Shown: one piece after another, positions 1-9,854 of the stretch
Numbering within the stretch: position 1 is the first letter of the stretch
Layout of the letters: each line of letters opens with the position of its first letter
Virus record (IMG/VR): IMGVR_UViG_3300013981_000002
Source of the DNA: an uncultured virus (IMG/VR IMGVR_UViG_3300013981_000002)
Lineage: Duplodnaviria > Heunggongvirae > Uroviricota > Caudoviricetes > Autographiviridae
Direction: 5' to 3' (one strand)
Length of the DNA stretch: 64,000 nucleotides
Notes under the pieces: model-generated
Seen by the model: the letters and a program-made list of their open reading frames with translations, nothing else
Database searches by the model: none
Told to the model about the DNA's origin: nothing
Translations under genes and position numbers: made by a program

Positions 1-21
1 GCACCGGGCGCAGGTCTAGGG

Positions 22-501
22 GTGCGCCCCGTGCCGCCTAACCGTCATATAACCCTCAAGGAACCGTCAGGAGAACCGTCATCTCCGGCGGGCCTGCCGG
101 CCGCGCCGCTGGCGGAGAATTCCGAAACCGGCCTACAGGCTGCGTGCCGCGCCACCTGGGCGGCATACGCCACCGCTTACCGCACCCGCCACGGTGTGGC
201 ACCGGTCCGCAACGCAAAGGTGAACAGCAACGTCCGGCAGATCGTGCAGCGGCTGGGCCATAGCGAGGCGCCGCTGGTCGCAGCATGGTTCCTGACCGTC
301 AACGAGCGCTACGTGGTGCAGAACATGCACGACCTGGGCGCGCTGCTGGCGAAGTGCGAGGCATACCGCACGCAGTGGGCCACCGGTCGGCAGGTGACCG
401 AGGAAGCCGCCCGGCAGACGGACAGGACCCAGACCAACCTGGGCGCCGCCGACGCCGCCAAGGCGCTGCTGGCACAGAGGAGGGCCGCACATGCTGGGTG
501 A
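22..501 (+). CDS. Phage replication protein, C-terminal part (probably starts before the window)
   Basis: Position upstream of nin-like region; Pro-rich linker then helical domain; overlaps next ORF. Confidence 0.6.
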   Translation: MRPVPPNRHITLKEPSGEPSSPAGLPAAPLAENSETGLQAACRATWAAYATAYRTRHGVAPVRNAKVNSNVRQIVQRLGHSEAPLVAAWFLTVNERYVVQNMHDLGALLAKCEAYRTQWATGRQVTEEAARQTDRTQTNLGAADAAKALLAQRRAAHAG

Positions 502-1153
502 TCAGGATCAGGATCGGCTAGTCGATCTGCTGGTGGCCACCGCCGAGGTGATTGGCGACCAGCTCAGCCCGAACGCCGCCGCCTACATGGTTTCGGATCT
601 GGCGGAGTACCCGCTGCCGATGCTGGAGCGCGCGCTGGCGGCCTGCCGCCGAGAGCTGAAGGCGCGGCTGTCGCTGGCTGCGATCCTGGAACGCATCGAG
701 GACGGGCACCCGGCGCCGAATGAGGCATGGGCAAACGCGATCCGAGCCGCCGACGAAGGCGCGACCGTGGTGTGGACTGAGCAGACCCGCGATGCGTGGG
801 CGGCGGCGCTGCCGCTGGTGCAGGCGGGCGACATGATCGCTGCGCGCCCGGCGTTCCTGGAGGTCTACACCCGGCTGGTGAAGGAAGCGCGCGCTGCACA
901 CCGGATCGCCACCTACCAGTTTTCTCTGGGCGGCGACGTGTCCGGTCGTGACAGCGTGCTGCGGGAAGCGTTGGCCGCTGGCCAGCTGTTGGAGGGGCAG
1001 GTGGCGGAACACCTGGCTCTTCCGCCCGCCACCCCGGCCTTCAACCCGATGGCGCTGCTGGCCGGAACGGTCGAGGCATCGCCGACAGCGGATGACCGGG
1101 CCCGTACGCGCCTGGCCGAGATCGTGGCGTTGCTGGAGGGCAAAGCAGCATGA
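491..1153 (+). CDS. Phage replication-region protein (helicase-loader-like)
   Basis: 220 aa, translationally coupled, follows replication protein; LSLAAILERIEDGHPAPNEAW typical of this lambdoid position. Confidence 0.55.
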   Translation: MLGDQDQDRLVDLLVATAEVIGDQLSPNAAAYMVSDLAEYPLPMLERALAACRRELKARLSLAAILERIEDGHPAPNEAWANAIRAADEGATVVWTEQTRDAWAAALPLVQAGDMIAARPAFLEVYTRLVKEARAAHRIATYQFSLGGDVSGRDSVLREALAAGQLLEGQVAEHLALPPATPAFNPMALLAGTVEASPTADDRARTRLAEIVALLEGKAA

Positions 1154-1344
1154 GCCCCGATCACTTCAACGTCGAAGTCCGCCCGGTGAGCGAGCCGGTG
1201 GCCGAGGCGGGCTGGTATCTGGCCTACGGCTACGGGATCAAGCCGCTGGTGGTCTACGCGACACGCGGGATGACTGTCTGGCGCGACGGCATGCGGCGGA
1301 TCCCGATCACTCGCTACGCCGGCCCGATCCCGGAGCTGCGCTGA
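1150..1344 (+). CDS. Hypothetical phage protein (64 aa)
   Basis: ATGA/TGATG coupling to both neighbours. Confidence 0.65.
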   Translation: MSPDHFNVEVRPVSEPVAEAGWYLAYGYGIKPLVVYATRGMTVWRDGMRRIPITRYAGPIPELR

Positions 1345-1631
1345 TGGCCGCGCGGAAGATCCTGGCCCAGTTCACGACCGACCAGCTGCTGGAGGAAGTG
1401 GTACGGCGTCGCAACGAGCGCAAGGACGTGGGTGACGTGGAGCCATGCGACCAGTGCCGCCACTTCAAGTTCTGGACCGCCGATTTCGATCCGCCGAAGG
1501 ACTACAACCCTTGTGCCCTGGGTAAGCGAATGAGCTTTCACATGGCAGGGGAAGGCGAGGATCCGCACAGCGGCATCGGCTACTACCGGCGGGTGTGCCC
1601 ATCAAGGATGAGCAGAGAGGGCGCGCGCTGA
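1344..1631 (+). CDS. Hypothetical Cys-containing phage protein (95 aa)
   Basis: TGATG overlap; CDQC...C...C. Confidence 0.65.
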   Translation: MAARKILAQFTTDQLLEEVVRRRNERKDVGDVEPCDQCRHFKFWTADFDPPKDYNPCALGKRMSFHMAGEGEDPHSGIGYYRRVCPSRMSREGAR

Positions 1632-1999
1632 TGTGGTCGAAGGCGCCGCCACCGACGAGGGAAGAGGCCGCCCGGATCGAGCTGGCCAAGACCGGCCCGT
1701 GCATGGCCTGCCTGGCGCTGCAGATGCAGGGCCTGCTGGACCCGGAGTTGGTGGTTTACGGCTGCGACTACAACCACGCCAAGAGCGGGAACGTGCGGCG
1801 CGGTCACATGTTCGGCTTCGCCCTCTGCAAGTGGCACCACATGCGGCATCCGATGGAGGGGAACACCTTCGCGACGATGCGCCAGATCTACGGCCCGAGC
1901 CTGATGGATGGCTCACGGACCTTCCACGAGACGTACGGCTCCGATGACGAGCTGATTGCAAACCAGACCTACATCAACGAACTGAGGGCGGCAGCATGA
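1631..1999 (+). CDS. Ref-like / HNH-type Zn-binding endonuclease
   Basis: PCMAC...NH...ALCKWHH...FHETYGSDDEL pattern of the Ref (recombination enhancement) family. Confidence 0.7.
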   Translation: MWSKAPPPTREEAARIELAKTGPCMACLALQMQGLLDPELVVYGCDYNHAKSGNVRRGHMFGFALCKWHHMRHPMEGNTFATMRQIYGPSLMDGSRTFHETYGSDDELIANQTYINELRAAA

Positions 2000-2199
2000 A
2001 GAAGACGAAGGCCGTGGCGCCGAGGATCAACCCCCAGCGTGCGCCCCGCGAGCGGCGGATGGACCACAACACGGTGTCCCGGCCCAAGCGAGTCAAGGCA
2101 CGTGTGTTCGCCGATGGCCCGGCCGAGACGGTGGAGCAGTTCGAGGCACGCGGCGGGCAGGTGCAGCGCCTGGCCGCCAGCTGGGACCGTGCGGCGTGA
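1996..2199 (+). CDS. Hypothetical phage protein (67 aa)
   Basis: ATGA overlap; ETVEQFEARGGQVQRL. Confidence 0.6.
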   Translation: MKKTKAVAPRINPQRAPRERRMDHNTVSRPKRVKARVFADGPAETVEQFEARGGQVQRLAASWDRAA

Positions 2200-2269
2200 C
2201 AGGTGCCGCAATAGAAGACAACCAAGCGCGATCGCGCGCTACACGAGCAAACCACCAAGGGGAAGGCGC

Positions 2270-2974
2270 ATGGGAATGAACGAGGCACGCGAACTGTTGT
2301 CGAGCCGGACTGGCCCAAGGACGATGAGCTTCGACGGATCAGCCGGTGGCCCTTCCACCCAAGAGATCGTCGCAGCATTGGCAGATGTTCCGCATGGGTT
2401 GGGGCATGAGCTGCTGCAGGCACTGTGGTGGCCGGAGAGCGGCCAACGTCGTCGAGAGCAGTTGCGCCAGGCCGTCGTCAGCTTGGTCGCACCGGAGTTC
2501 ACCCGCCAGATGCACGATCTTGCCGATGCCCGCACGGCGTTTGGGATCGCCAAGGCCAGCATGGGCTGGGGCGGGGGCACGGTGACTGATGTGCAGCGAC
2601 GTGAGCTGCGGCGTGCCGAGCAGGCGCTGGAGAATGCACGGTCGGCGGCGTGGCCGAACAACACGATGGAACAACTTGGGGTGCTGGCCGGGGCGGTGAT
2701 CGAAGAGATGGCCGGGGCGTGCGAGTGTTCCCGCTGTGGAGGCAAGAAGGTCCTTGTGGACCCGTCGATCGCGGGAATCCTGAACTGTGAAAGCTGCGGC
2801 GGAAGTGGCTTCGATCCGCTCAGTGGCCGAAAGCGTGCGGCTGCCATCGGTGCCGACTGGTCCGCCTACAGCCGGTTCTGGCGACCGGTCTATGAGTGGA
2901 TGCTTTTCAACTTCCGTGCAGCCGAGGCGCGCGCTGCCAGGCAGCTCAGTAAGGCGCTCACGCGGGCCGCATAG
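2270..2974 (+). CDS. Late-gene antiterminator, Q-like
   Basis: CSRCGG..CESCGGSG zinc finger followed by HTH-like C-terminus; directly upstream of a terminator and the lysis cassette. Confidence 0.75.
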   Translation: MGMNEARELLSSRTGPRTMSFDGSAGGPSTQEIVAALADVPHGLGHELLQALWWPESGQRRREQLRQAVVSLVAPEFTRQMHDLADARTAFGIAKASMGWGGGTVTDVQRRELRRAEQALENARSAAWPNNTMEQLGVLAGAVIEEMAGACECSRCGGKKVLVDPSIAGILNCESCGGSGFDPLSGRKRAAAIGADWSAYSRFWRPVYEWMLFNFRAAEARAARQLSKALTRAA

Positions 2975-3028
2975 CGATGACTTCCTAGGTCATCGGAAAA
3001 GGCGGCAATCTTGTCACCATCCAATCGC

Positions 3029-3058
3029 AAGCCCCGGCCCAGCCGGGGCTTTTTCTTT
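3029..3058 (+). terminator. Intrinsic terminator (tR'-like) before the lysis cassette
   Basis: AAGCCCCGGC-cca-GCCGGGGCTT followed by a T-tract. Confidence 0.8.
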
Positions 3059-3133
3059 GCCCGCGTCCCAGCCGGACAAACTCTCGTGCCGAGCCGGCGC
3101 TAGGGGCGGGCACCAATCAACCGGGAGGGGCAT

Positions 3134-3361
3134 ATGCCGAACCGGACGACCTACGGGGCCACCATGAAGGACGAAATCATTGGCACTGCCGCTGGTGCTG
3201 TAGCGAAGGCTGCTCCACCGGTGACCGTAGCCGGCGCGGTCGCCGCAGGGGCGAACCTCGATCGCGTGGTGGTGGTTCTGACGATCATCTACCTGGTGGG
3301 CCAGATCAGCTACCTCGGCTGGCGCTGGGTTCGCGAGTGGCGGCAGAGGGCGCGAGCATGA
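3134..3361 (+). CDS. Holin
   Basis: Small hydrophobic protein with basic C-terminus directly before endolysin; alternative start at 3164. Confidence 0.75.
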   Translation: MPNRTTYGATMKDEIIGTAAGAVAKAAPPVTVAGAVAAGANLDRVVVVLTIIYLVGQISYLGWRWVREWRQRARA

Positions 3362-3822
3362 AGGCGAAGATCATTGGTAGCAGCGCCGCCGCCGTCATCG
3401 CTCTGGCTGCGGCGGCGCTGGTAAAGCCATGGGAGGGCTACTCGGCGACTCCCTATGTCGACATGGTAGGCGTTGCCACCTACTGCTACGGCGATACCAG
3501 CCGCCCGGAAAAGGCGGTCTACACCGAGCAGGAGTGCGCCGAGAGGTTGAACAGCCGGCTTGGGCAGTACCTCACCGGTATTCAGGCATGTATCCGCGTC
3601 CCACTACAGCCCCACGAGGCTGCGGCTCTGCTCAGCTGGACCTACAACGTGGGCGTAGGCGCTGCTTGCCGCTCAACACTGGTGGGGCGTATCAACGCTG
3701 GCCAGCCCGCCGCGAGCTGGTGCCCGGAGCTGGACCGCTGGGTGTACGCCGGTGGCAAGCGCGTGCAGGGCCTGGTGAACCGCCGGGCCGCTGAGCGCCG
3801 GATGTGCGAGGGCCGGCCGTGA
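3358..3822 (+). CDS. SAR endolysin (GH24 lysozyme)
   Basis: Ala-rich N-terminal anchor; WEG-YSATPYVD-MVGVATYCYG catalytic E-D-T; GLVNRRAAE. Confidence 0.92.
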   Translation: MKAKIIGSSAAAVIALAAAALVKPWEGYSATPYVDMVGVATYCYGDTSRPEKAVYTEQECAERLNSRLGQYLTGIQACIRVPLQPHEAAALLSWTYNVGVGAACRSTLVGRINAGQPAASWCPELDRWVYAGGKRVQGLVNRRAAERRMCEGRP

Positions 3823-4295
3823 AGCGCCTTGCCATCACAGTCGCCGCGTTCGTCCTGTGGTCCGGCGCCATGGTCGGCGTTGGCTGGGCCTGGCGCAGTG
3901 ACCGGGCAGAGGGCAGAGAGGCCACCCAGCGCGCCGCCGGTGCCGAGGCAGCTGCAGCCCAGGTCAACCAGACCCGTGCCGCCGAGCACGCTCAGGCCGA
4001 GGCACTGGCCGCCATTGGAGCGAAGCATGAAGAAGACCGCGCTGCGGCCGAGACCGTCCCTGCTGCTGTTGTGGCTGACCTGCGCGCTGGTCGTCTCCAG
4101 TTGCGCGACGACCTCGCCACCTGCAATACCGCTCGCCTGTCCGAAGCCGTCGCCGGCGCCGTCGAACGTGACCAGGCAGCCCAACTACGAGCAGAGGTCG
4201 CGGGCGCTCTTGTTCAAATCGGAAGAGACGCCGACGACCATGTCCGGGCCTGCCAGGCCGTGATCGCAGCTGACCGTCAACCGGTGACGCCATGA
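3819..4295 (+). CDS. i-spanin (Rz-like)
   Basis: N-terminal TM, coiled coil, DLRAGRLQLR, RACQ. Confidence 0.85.
   Translation: MKRLAITVAAFVLWSGAMVGVGWAWRSDRAEGREATQRAAGAEAAAAQVNQTRAAEHAQAEALAAIGAKHEEDRAAAETVPAAVVADLRAGRLQLRDDLATCNTARLSEAVAGAVERDQAAQLRAEVAGALVQIGRDADDHVRACQAVIAADRQPVTP
4027..4263 (+). CDS. o-spanin (Rz1-like lipoprotein) embedded in Rz, different frame
   Basis: Signal peptide with lipobox-like VSSC; Pro-rich mature part. Confidence 0.8.
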   Translation: MKKTALRPRPSLLLLWLTCALVVSSCATTSPPAIPLACPKPSPAPSNVTRQPNYEQRSRALLFKSEETPTTMSGPARP

Positions 4296-4636
4296 ACCGG
4301 CGGCTGCTGGCACTGGGCCGGTTGAAGACCGGCGAGATGAACAAGACCGAGGCTGCGTATGCCGAGCGGCTGCGCGCGCTGCAGGCTGCGGGCGAGGTCC
4401 AATGGCACCGGTTCGAGGGTTTGAAGCTGCGGCTGGCAGACAACACGTTCTACACCCCGGACTTTGCGGTCATGGCTGCCGACGGCGTCATGGAGTGCCA
4501 CGAGGTCAAGGGGCACTGGCAGGACGATGCACGGGCCAAGATCAAGATCGCAGCGGCCATGTACCCGTTCCGCTTCATTGCGGTGAAGGTCAGGCCCAAG
4601 CGCGACGGCGGTGGCTGGGAAGTGGAGAGGTTCTGA
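4292..4636 (+). CDS. DUF1064-like PD-(D/E)XK nuclease
   Basis: YTPDF...ECHEVKG motif. Confidence 0.8.
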   Translation: MNRRLLALGRLKTGEMNKTEAAYAERLRALQAAGEVQWHRFEGLKLRLADNTFYTPDFAVMAADGVMECHEVKGHWQDDARAKIKIAAAMYPFRFIAVKVRPKRDGGGWEVERF

Positions 4637-4818
4637 TGCGCCAGACAGTGACGGCCTCCATCCGCATGAGGTGGTGGCTACGGTGGTATCTGGCCGCCGT
4701 GGTGTGGTTTGCCCGCGCTACGGGCGTGGAGCCGGATTGGGAGCGGGTCGAGTGGTGGATACGCCGCGGCCCGGTAGTGCGAACGATGAGGGTAGGTGAT
4801 GGACGCTGCACGGATTGA
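4636..4818 (+). CDS. Hypothetical Trp-rich small protein
   Basis: TGATG coupling, 60 aa. Confidence 0.5.
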   Translation: MRQTVTASIRMRWWLRWYLAAVVWFARATGVEPDWERVEWWIRRGPVVRTMRVGDGRCTD

Positions 4819-5062
4819 AGAGGTAGCGCGCGCTGCTGCTGTCGCTGCCCTGGCGGGACTGATTGAGGGCAGCACGGACAGTCGCATCGACCGACTGGTC
4901 GGGATCATTGAGCAGCAGGGTAAGCAAATCGCCGAACTGGCCATGCATGTGGGGCTGCTGGTGCAGGCGGTGGCGCAGCTGCTGGGCGAGGAGGCCGGCG
5001 TACCGGTGCAAGACGAAGGCGCCGAGCCTGAGCGAGTCGATCTGGACGGGAAGCCGTACTGA
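4796..5062 (+). CDS. Hypothetical phage protein
   Basis: Coupled to HNH gene; ends DLDGKPY. Confidence 0.6.
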   Translation: MMDAARIEEVARAAAVAALAGLIEGSTDSRIDRLVGIIEQQGKQIAELAMHVGLLVQAVAQLLGEEAGVPVQDEGAEPERVDLDGKPY

Positions 5063-5385
5063 TGAGCGCTCGTGGGCTGGCAGGCAACCGGCAAGCCAAG
5101 CGCGCCTTGCCGACGAACAGCCGAGCCTGGCGTGCGCTGCGAGAGACCATTCTGGTTCGCGACCTTTACCGATGCCAGGAGCAGGGCTGCGGCGTTCTCT
5201 GCAGCGGGCGAGGGCAAGCCCACGTCGACCACGTGGACGGTGACCCCAACAACAACGCTCCGGAGAACCTGCGGACGATGTGCATCAGCTGCCATAGCCG
5301 CAAGACGGCCCGCGAGGACGGCGGCTTTGGGAACGCCCAGTACGTGGTTGTTGGGTGCGATGCCGACGGTTGGCCGATCAAGTAG
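5062..5385 (+). CDS. HNH endonuclease (terminase-associated)
   Basis: RDLYRCQ..C..HVDH..N..NLRTMCISCHSRKT; position before cos/terS as in HK97. Confidence 0.92.
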   Translation: MSARGLAGNRQAKRALPTNSRAWRALRETILVRDLYRCQEQGCGVLCSGRGQAHVDHVDGDPNNNAPENLRTMCISCHSRKTAREDGGFGNAQYVVVGCDADGWPIK

Positions 5386-5429
5386 GCCAACGGCGCCGGC
5401 GCGGAGTTATCCACAGAACGCTGAATGAA

Positions 5430-5505
5430 AAGGGGAGGGGGGCTCAAAAGTTCGGGCGGATCGCCCGGCGATACGTGCGCCCCCCTTTCTTCGCGCATCC
5501 ACAGT
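5430..5505. other. Probable cos (packaging) region
   Basis: G-run/C-run non-coding segment between HNH and terS, where HK97-like cos sites lie; exact cut site not determinable. Confidence 0.5.
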
Positions 5506-5537
5506 TGGAAAGACGACCCCCTCAAGGAGGGGACAAC

Positions 5538-5915
5538 ATGGCAAATCCCCGTACGCCAGCGGCAAAAGCCGCAGTTTCTGGCGCTGCGGCAAAGAATCCG
5601 CAACGGCATCGAAATCGGAAGACGCCCAAGGGGCCGAAAGCGATCGGCGCTCCTTACAAGGGCATGACCAAGGAGCAGGTGGCCGTTTGGAAAGAGCAGG
5701 TGGAGAACATGCCCTGGCTGCATGCCGGGCACCGCCTCCTGCTTCGCCAGGTTTGCATCTTGGCCGCGCGAATGGCGACCGACCCAGAGATGGGTGTGTC
5801 CGCGATGCAGGCGCTGGGCTCACTCCTATCCAAGCTCGGCGCCACCCCGGTGGATGAGACGAAAGTGAATCATGGCTCAGGCGAAGACGAAGACCCGGAC
5901 GACAAGCATTTCTAA
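5538..5915 (+). CDS. terS: Terminase small subunit
   Basis: RBS AAGGAGG; MANPRTP..., LGATPVDETKV; precedes terL. Confidence 0.85.
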   Translation: MANPRTPAAKAAVSGAAAKNPQRHRNRKTPKGPKAIGAPYKGMTKEQVAVWKEQVENMPWLHAGHRLLLRQVCILAARMATDPEMGVSAMQALGSLLSKLGATPVDETKVNHGSGEDEDPDDKHF

Positions 5916-7752
5916 GTGCCGGACCAGCGAGTACCCGCTGGCTGTAGTTGAAGGCCGAGTTGTGGCGGGGCCCCACGTGCGCAACGCCTGCCGGCGGCAC
6001 CTGAAAGACCTGGAGGACGCTCACGAGCGCGGCCTGTACTTCGACCGGGAAGCAGCCGACAAGAAGATCGCCTTCTTTGAGGAGGTGCTGCGGCTTAGCG
6101 AAGGCCAATTCGAGGGCAAGCCGTTCAAACTGCATCCCAGCCAAGCCTTCAAGATTGGCAGCCTGTTCGGCTGGAAGCAGGCGGACGGCACGCGGCGCTT
6201 TCGTCGCGCGTACATCGAAGAGGGCAAGGGCAATGGCAAGTCGCCCATGGCGGGCGGCATTGCGCTGATCGGGCTCTGCGCCGATCAGGAGGCCGGCGCC
6301 CAGGTATACGCGGTGGCCTCGCACAAGGATCAGGCAGGCATCCTGTTCCGCGATGCGGTCAAGATGGTGAAGGCGTCGCCGGCGCTGAAGAAGCGGCTTG
6401 AGTTCTCGGGCGGCGAGGGCAAGGAATACAACATTGCTCACCACAAGTCGCAGAGCTACTTCCGGCCGGCCTCCCGTGACGTGGGCAAGACCGGCTCGGG
6501 CTACCGGCCGCATTTTGTCCTGGCGGACGAAGTGCACGAGATGGCGGACGGCAAGATCATCGAAATGATGGAGAACGGCTTCAAGTTCCGCCGTTCCCCA
6601 TTGCTGTTCATGATCACCAACTCGGGCAGCGACCGAAACAGCGTCGCCTGGGCGGAGCATGAGCACGCGGTCAAGGTTGCAGCTGGCCACCACGAGGCCG
6701 TGAATGATCCGACCTTCGTCGGCGAGGTCATTGATGACCGTACGTTCTCGTTTGTGTGCGGCCTCGATGAGGGTGATGACCCGCTGGAGGATCCGCGATG
6801 CTGGTTGAAGGCCAACCCGATGCTGGGCATCACGATCACGGAAGAGTATCTGCGGGGCCGAGTCGACCTAGCCAAGCAGATTCCCAGCAAGCTCAACGAG
6901 ATCCTGCGACTCAACTTCTGCATGTGGACCGATGCCGATCAGGCGTGGATGAGCCGCGAAATTGTCGAACCTGCGATGCAGTCGTTCGACAAGGCGCAGC
7001 ATCATGGCAAGCGCGTCCATCTCGGATTGGACCTGTCGCAGAACCGCGACATTACGGCGCTAGGCGCGGTCGTGGAGACCGGATCGCAGGAGGTCCTGGT
7101 AGAGGTCGAGGGCAAGAAAACACTGATCAACAAGCCCACGTTCGATGCGTGGGTGGAGGCTTGGACACCGGGAGATACGGTCAAGGCGCGCGAACTGCGC
7201 GACAAGCTTCCCTACAGCACGTGGATCGCCAAGGGTCATCTGCACGCGCCAGCAGGCCAGACGATCAGCTACCGACACGTGGCGCAGACGGTCGCGGAGT
7301 ACGACCGGGACTTCGAAGTTGTTCAGGTGGCTTACGACCGGTACGCGTTCCGGCAGTTCGAAGAGGAAGTGAAGGAGCTGGGGCTTTCCGTATCTTTCGT
7401 GGAGCACCCCCAGGGTGGCCTGAAGAAGGGCAAGCCAACAGAGACGGCAGTGAAGGCAGCCGCTGCAGCGGGCAAGCCGCCGCCCGAAGGGCTCTGGATG
7501 CCCGGATCGCTCCGGTTGTTCGAAGAGGCCCTTCTGGAAGGTCGCGTCCGCTTGCTTGGAAACCCCGTGCTGGTGTCCGCAATCATGTCGGCCGTCATCG
7601 AGAGCGACAAATGGGAAAACCGCTGGCTGTCCAAGGCGCGCTCCGTCAACAAGATCGACGCCGCGGTCGCCGTGGTTATGGCCTTCGGCTCCGCACATTC
7701 ATCGGTTGCGCCCGCCTCTGTCTATGAGCAGCGGGGCATTCGATTTCTATAG
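5872..7752 (+). CDS. terL: Terminase large subunit
   Basis: Walker A GKGNGKS, Walker B VLADEVHE, LGLDLS nuclease motif, KIDAAVA. Confidence 0.96.
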   Translation: MAQAKTKTRTTSISKCRTSEYPLAVVEGRVVAGPHVRNACRRHLKDLEDAHERGLYFDREAADKKIAFFEEVLRLSEGQFEGKPFKLHPSQAFKIGSLFGWKQADGTRRFRRAYIEEGKGNGKSPMAGGIALIGLCADQEAGAQVYAVASHKDQAGILFRDAVKMVKASPALKKRLEFSGGEGKEYNIAHHKSQSYFRPASRDVGKTGSGYRPHFVLADEVHEMADGKIIEMMENGFKFRRSPLLFMITNSGSDRNSVAWAEHEHAVKVAAGHHEAVNDPTFVGEVIDDRTFSFVCGLDEGDDPLEDPRCWLKANPMLGITITEEYLRGRVDLAKQIPSKLNEILRLNFCMWTDADQAWMSREIVEPAMQSFDKAQHHGKRVHLGLDLSQNRDITALGAVVETGSQEVLVEVEGKKTLINKPTFDAWVEAWTPGDTVKARELRDKLPYSTWIAKGHLHAPAGQTISYRHVAQTVAEYDRDFEVVQVAYDRYAFRQFEEEVKELGLSVSFVEHPQGGLKKGKPTETAVKAAAAAGKPPPEGLWMPGSLRLFEEALLEGRVRLLGNPVLVSAIMSAVIESDKWENRWLSKARSVNKIDAAVAVVMAFGSAHSSVAPASVYEQRGIRFL

Positions 7753-7760
7753 GAAACGCA

Positions 7761-9023
7761 ATGTCCAGGTTCAACGAAGAAGACCTTAAGTCGCTGGACC
7801 GGCTCTGGAATCCGCCGCCGGCGGCGCCACCAGGTGCACGCGCTGAGGCCGGCCAGTTCACGGGGATGACCGATCCGGCGCTGCTGGAGTTCATCCGATC
7901 ACAGGGAGGCCACGGCGGTGGCGGCTATCAGCTTCGCAACATGGCGGTGCTGAGGTGCCTGTCCCTGATCTGCGGAACCATCGGCATGCTGCCGCTGAAC
8001 CTGGTTGAGTCGGGCGGGAAAAAACGGATAGCGACTGAGCATCCAGCGCACCGCCTGCTGAAGATCAAGCCGAATCCCTGGCAGACGCCATTGGAGTTTA
8101 AGCGGCAGATGGAGCTGGCTCGGCAGCGGCACGGGGATGCCTACGCGCGGATCGTGTGGTCAGCGGGCCGGCCAATCCACCTTATCCCGCTGGACTCTCC
8201 CGCGGTGCGGGCTGAGCTCGGCGACGACTGGCGGATGATCTACCGGTTCAGCAGCAAGAAGCGCGGCGAGGTGATCCTTAAGCAGGAGGAAGTGCTGCAC
8301 ATTCGCGACCTATCCGTGGACGGCGTGACCAGCCTGTCCAGGATGAAGCTGGCAGATCGGGCCATCCGCCTGGCGCTGAATGCAGAGCAGGCGGCCAGCC
8401 GCATCTTTGAGACCGGCAACATGGCCGGCGGTGCCATCGAGGTGCCCAATGCGCTCAGCGACGTGGCCTACGAGCGCATGCGCACGTCCCTCGACACCGA
8501 ATATGCCGGCGCAGCCGCGGCGCAGCGCTGGATGCTGCTGGAGGAGAACGCCAAGGCCAACAAGTTCGGCAGCACCGCGCAGGAGGCCCAGCACGTCGAG
8601 AACCGCAGCGCACAGGTGGAGGAAGTGGCCCGGCTCTACGGCGTGCCCCGCCCGCTGCTGTTCCTAAGCGACACCAGCTGGGGCACCGGCATCGAACAGC
8701 TGGGCATCTTCTTCCTGCAGTACACGATGCTGGAGCACTTCACCAACTGGGAGCAGGCGGTTGCGCGATCGCTGATCGACGAGCGGGATCTGGAACGCTA
8801 CCAGCCGAAGTTCAACGTGCGGGCGCTGATGCGCGGCACGCTCAAGGATCAGGCGGACTTCTTCAAGGCCGCTCTCGGCTCCGGCGGTACGGCGCCGTTC
8901 CACACGCAGAACGAGATCCGCGACCTCCTGGACTATCCGGAATCGGATCAGCCAGGGGCCAACGACCTGATCAACCCCATGACACAGAAGGGAAAGAGCA
9001 ATGAGCCTCCGGCAGCTGCCTGA
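7761..9023 (+). CDS. HK97-family portal protein
   Basis: HPAHRLLKIKPNPWQT, EVARLYGVP, NEIR motifs. Confidence 0.95.
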   Translation: MSRFNEEDLKSLDRLWNPPPAAPPGARAEAGQFTGMTDPALLEFIRSQGGHGGGGYQLRNMAVLRCLSLICGTIGMLPLNLVESGGKKRIATEHPAHRLLKIKPNPWQTPLEFKRQMELARQRHGDAYARIVWSAGRPIHLIPLDSPAVRAELGDDWRMIYRFSSKKRGEVILKQEEVLHIRDLSVDGVTSLSRMKLADRAIRLALNAEQAASRIFETGNMAGGAIEVPNALSDVAYERMRTSLDTEYAGAAAAQRWMLLEENAKANKFGSTAQEAQHVENRSAQVEEVARLYGVPRPLLFLSDTSWGTGIEQLGIFFLQYTMLEHFTNWEQAVARSLIDERDLERYQPKFNVRALMRGTLKDQADFFKAALGSGGTAPFHTQNEIRDLLDYPESDQPGANDLINPMTQKGKSNEPPAAA

Positions 9024-9843
9024 AATCCGCGCCGAGCGACGGCTAGGCGCCGCCCAGTTCGACATGCGTCCCGACGCGCTCGAACGCTGGGAGCCCGAAG
9101 TTCGCGCCGCCGGGAACGACGCGAACAGCATCTCGATCTATGGCTCGATCGGCGAAAACTGGGAGGGCACTGGCGTCACCGCCAAGCGGATCAGCGCCGC
9201 GCTACGCGCCATCGGCGACAAAGACGTGGTGGTGAACATCAACTCACCCGGCGGCGACTTCTTCGAAGGTGTCGCGATCTACAACCTGCTGCGCGAGCAC
9301 CAGGGCAGGGTGACGGTCCAGGTTATGGGCCTGGCCGCGTCGGCGGCGTCGGTGATCGCGATGGCCGGCGACGAGATCCTGATGGGCGACGGATCGTTCC
9401 TGATGATCCACAACGCTTGGGCCGTGGCCATCGGCAATCGGCACGACATGGCCGACGCGGCGAAGCTGCTGGAGCCATTCGACACGGCTATGGCCAAGGT
9501 CTACGCGGCCCGCTCGGGCGTCACCGAGGCTGAGGCGGCTCGGATGATGGACGAGGAGACCTGGATCGGTGCCGCCCAGGCGGTGGAAGACGGCTTTGCC
9601 GATGGCCTGCTCGATGGAGCTGCCGCCACCAAGGATGCAAAGCAGGCATCGGGTGGGCGTAAGGCGCTGGCCTTGGTCGAGGCGGCGATGGCCAAAGCAG
9701 GCCACTCCCGCTCCATGCGACGCGACACCCTGAAATCGCTGTTCAACGGCAAGCCGTGCGCTGCCGGGTCCGCTACGCCGAGCGCTGGCGGCAACGAAAC
9801 CTCGGCCCTGCTGCAGGGCCTTCTCGACAACATCAAAGCCTAA
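9001..9843 (+). CDS. ClpP-like head maturation protease
   Basis: INSPGGD, LAASAASVI, MIHN, ETW..A..AVEDGFAD. Confidence 0.95.
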   Translation: MSLRQLPEIRAERRLGAAQFDMRPDALERWEPEVRAAGNDANSISIYGSIGENWEGTGVTAKRISAALRAIGDKDVVVNINSPGGDFFEGVAIYNLLREHQGRVTVQVMGLAASAASVIAMAGDEILMGDGSFLMIHNAWAVAIGNRHDMADAAKLLEPFDTAMAKVYAARSGVTEAEAARMMDEETWIGAAQAVEDGFADGLLDGAAATKDAKQASGGRKALALVEAAMAKAGHSRSMRRDTLKSLFNGKPCAAGSATPSAGGNETSALLQGLLDNIKA

Positions 9844-9854
9844 GAGGCCAACAC

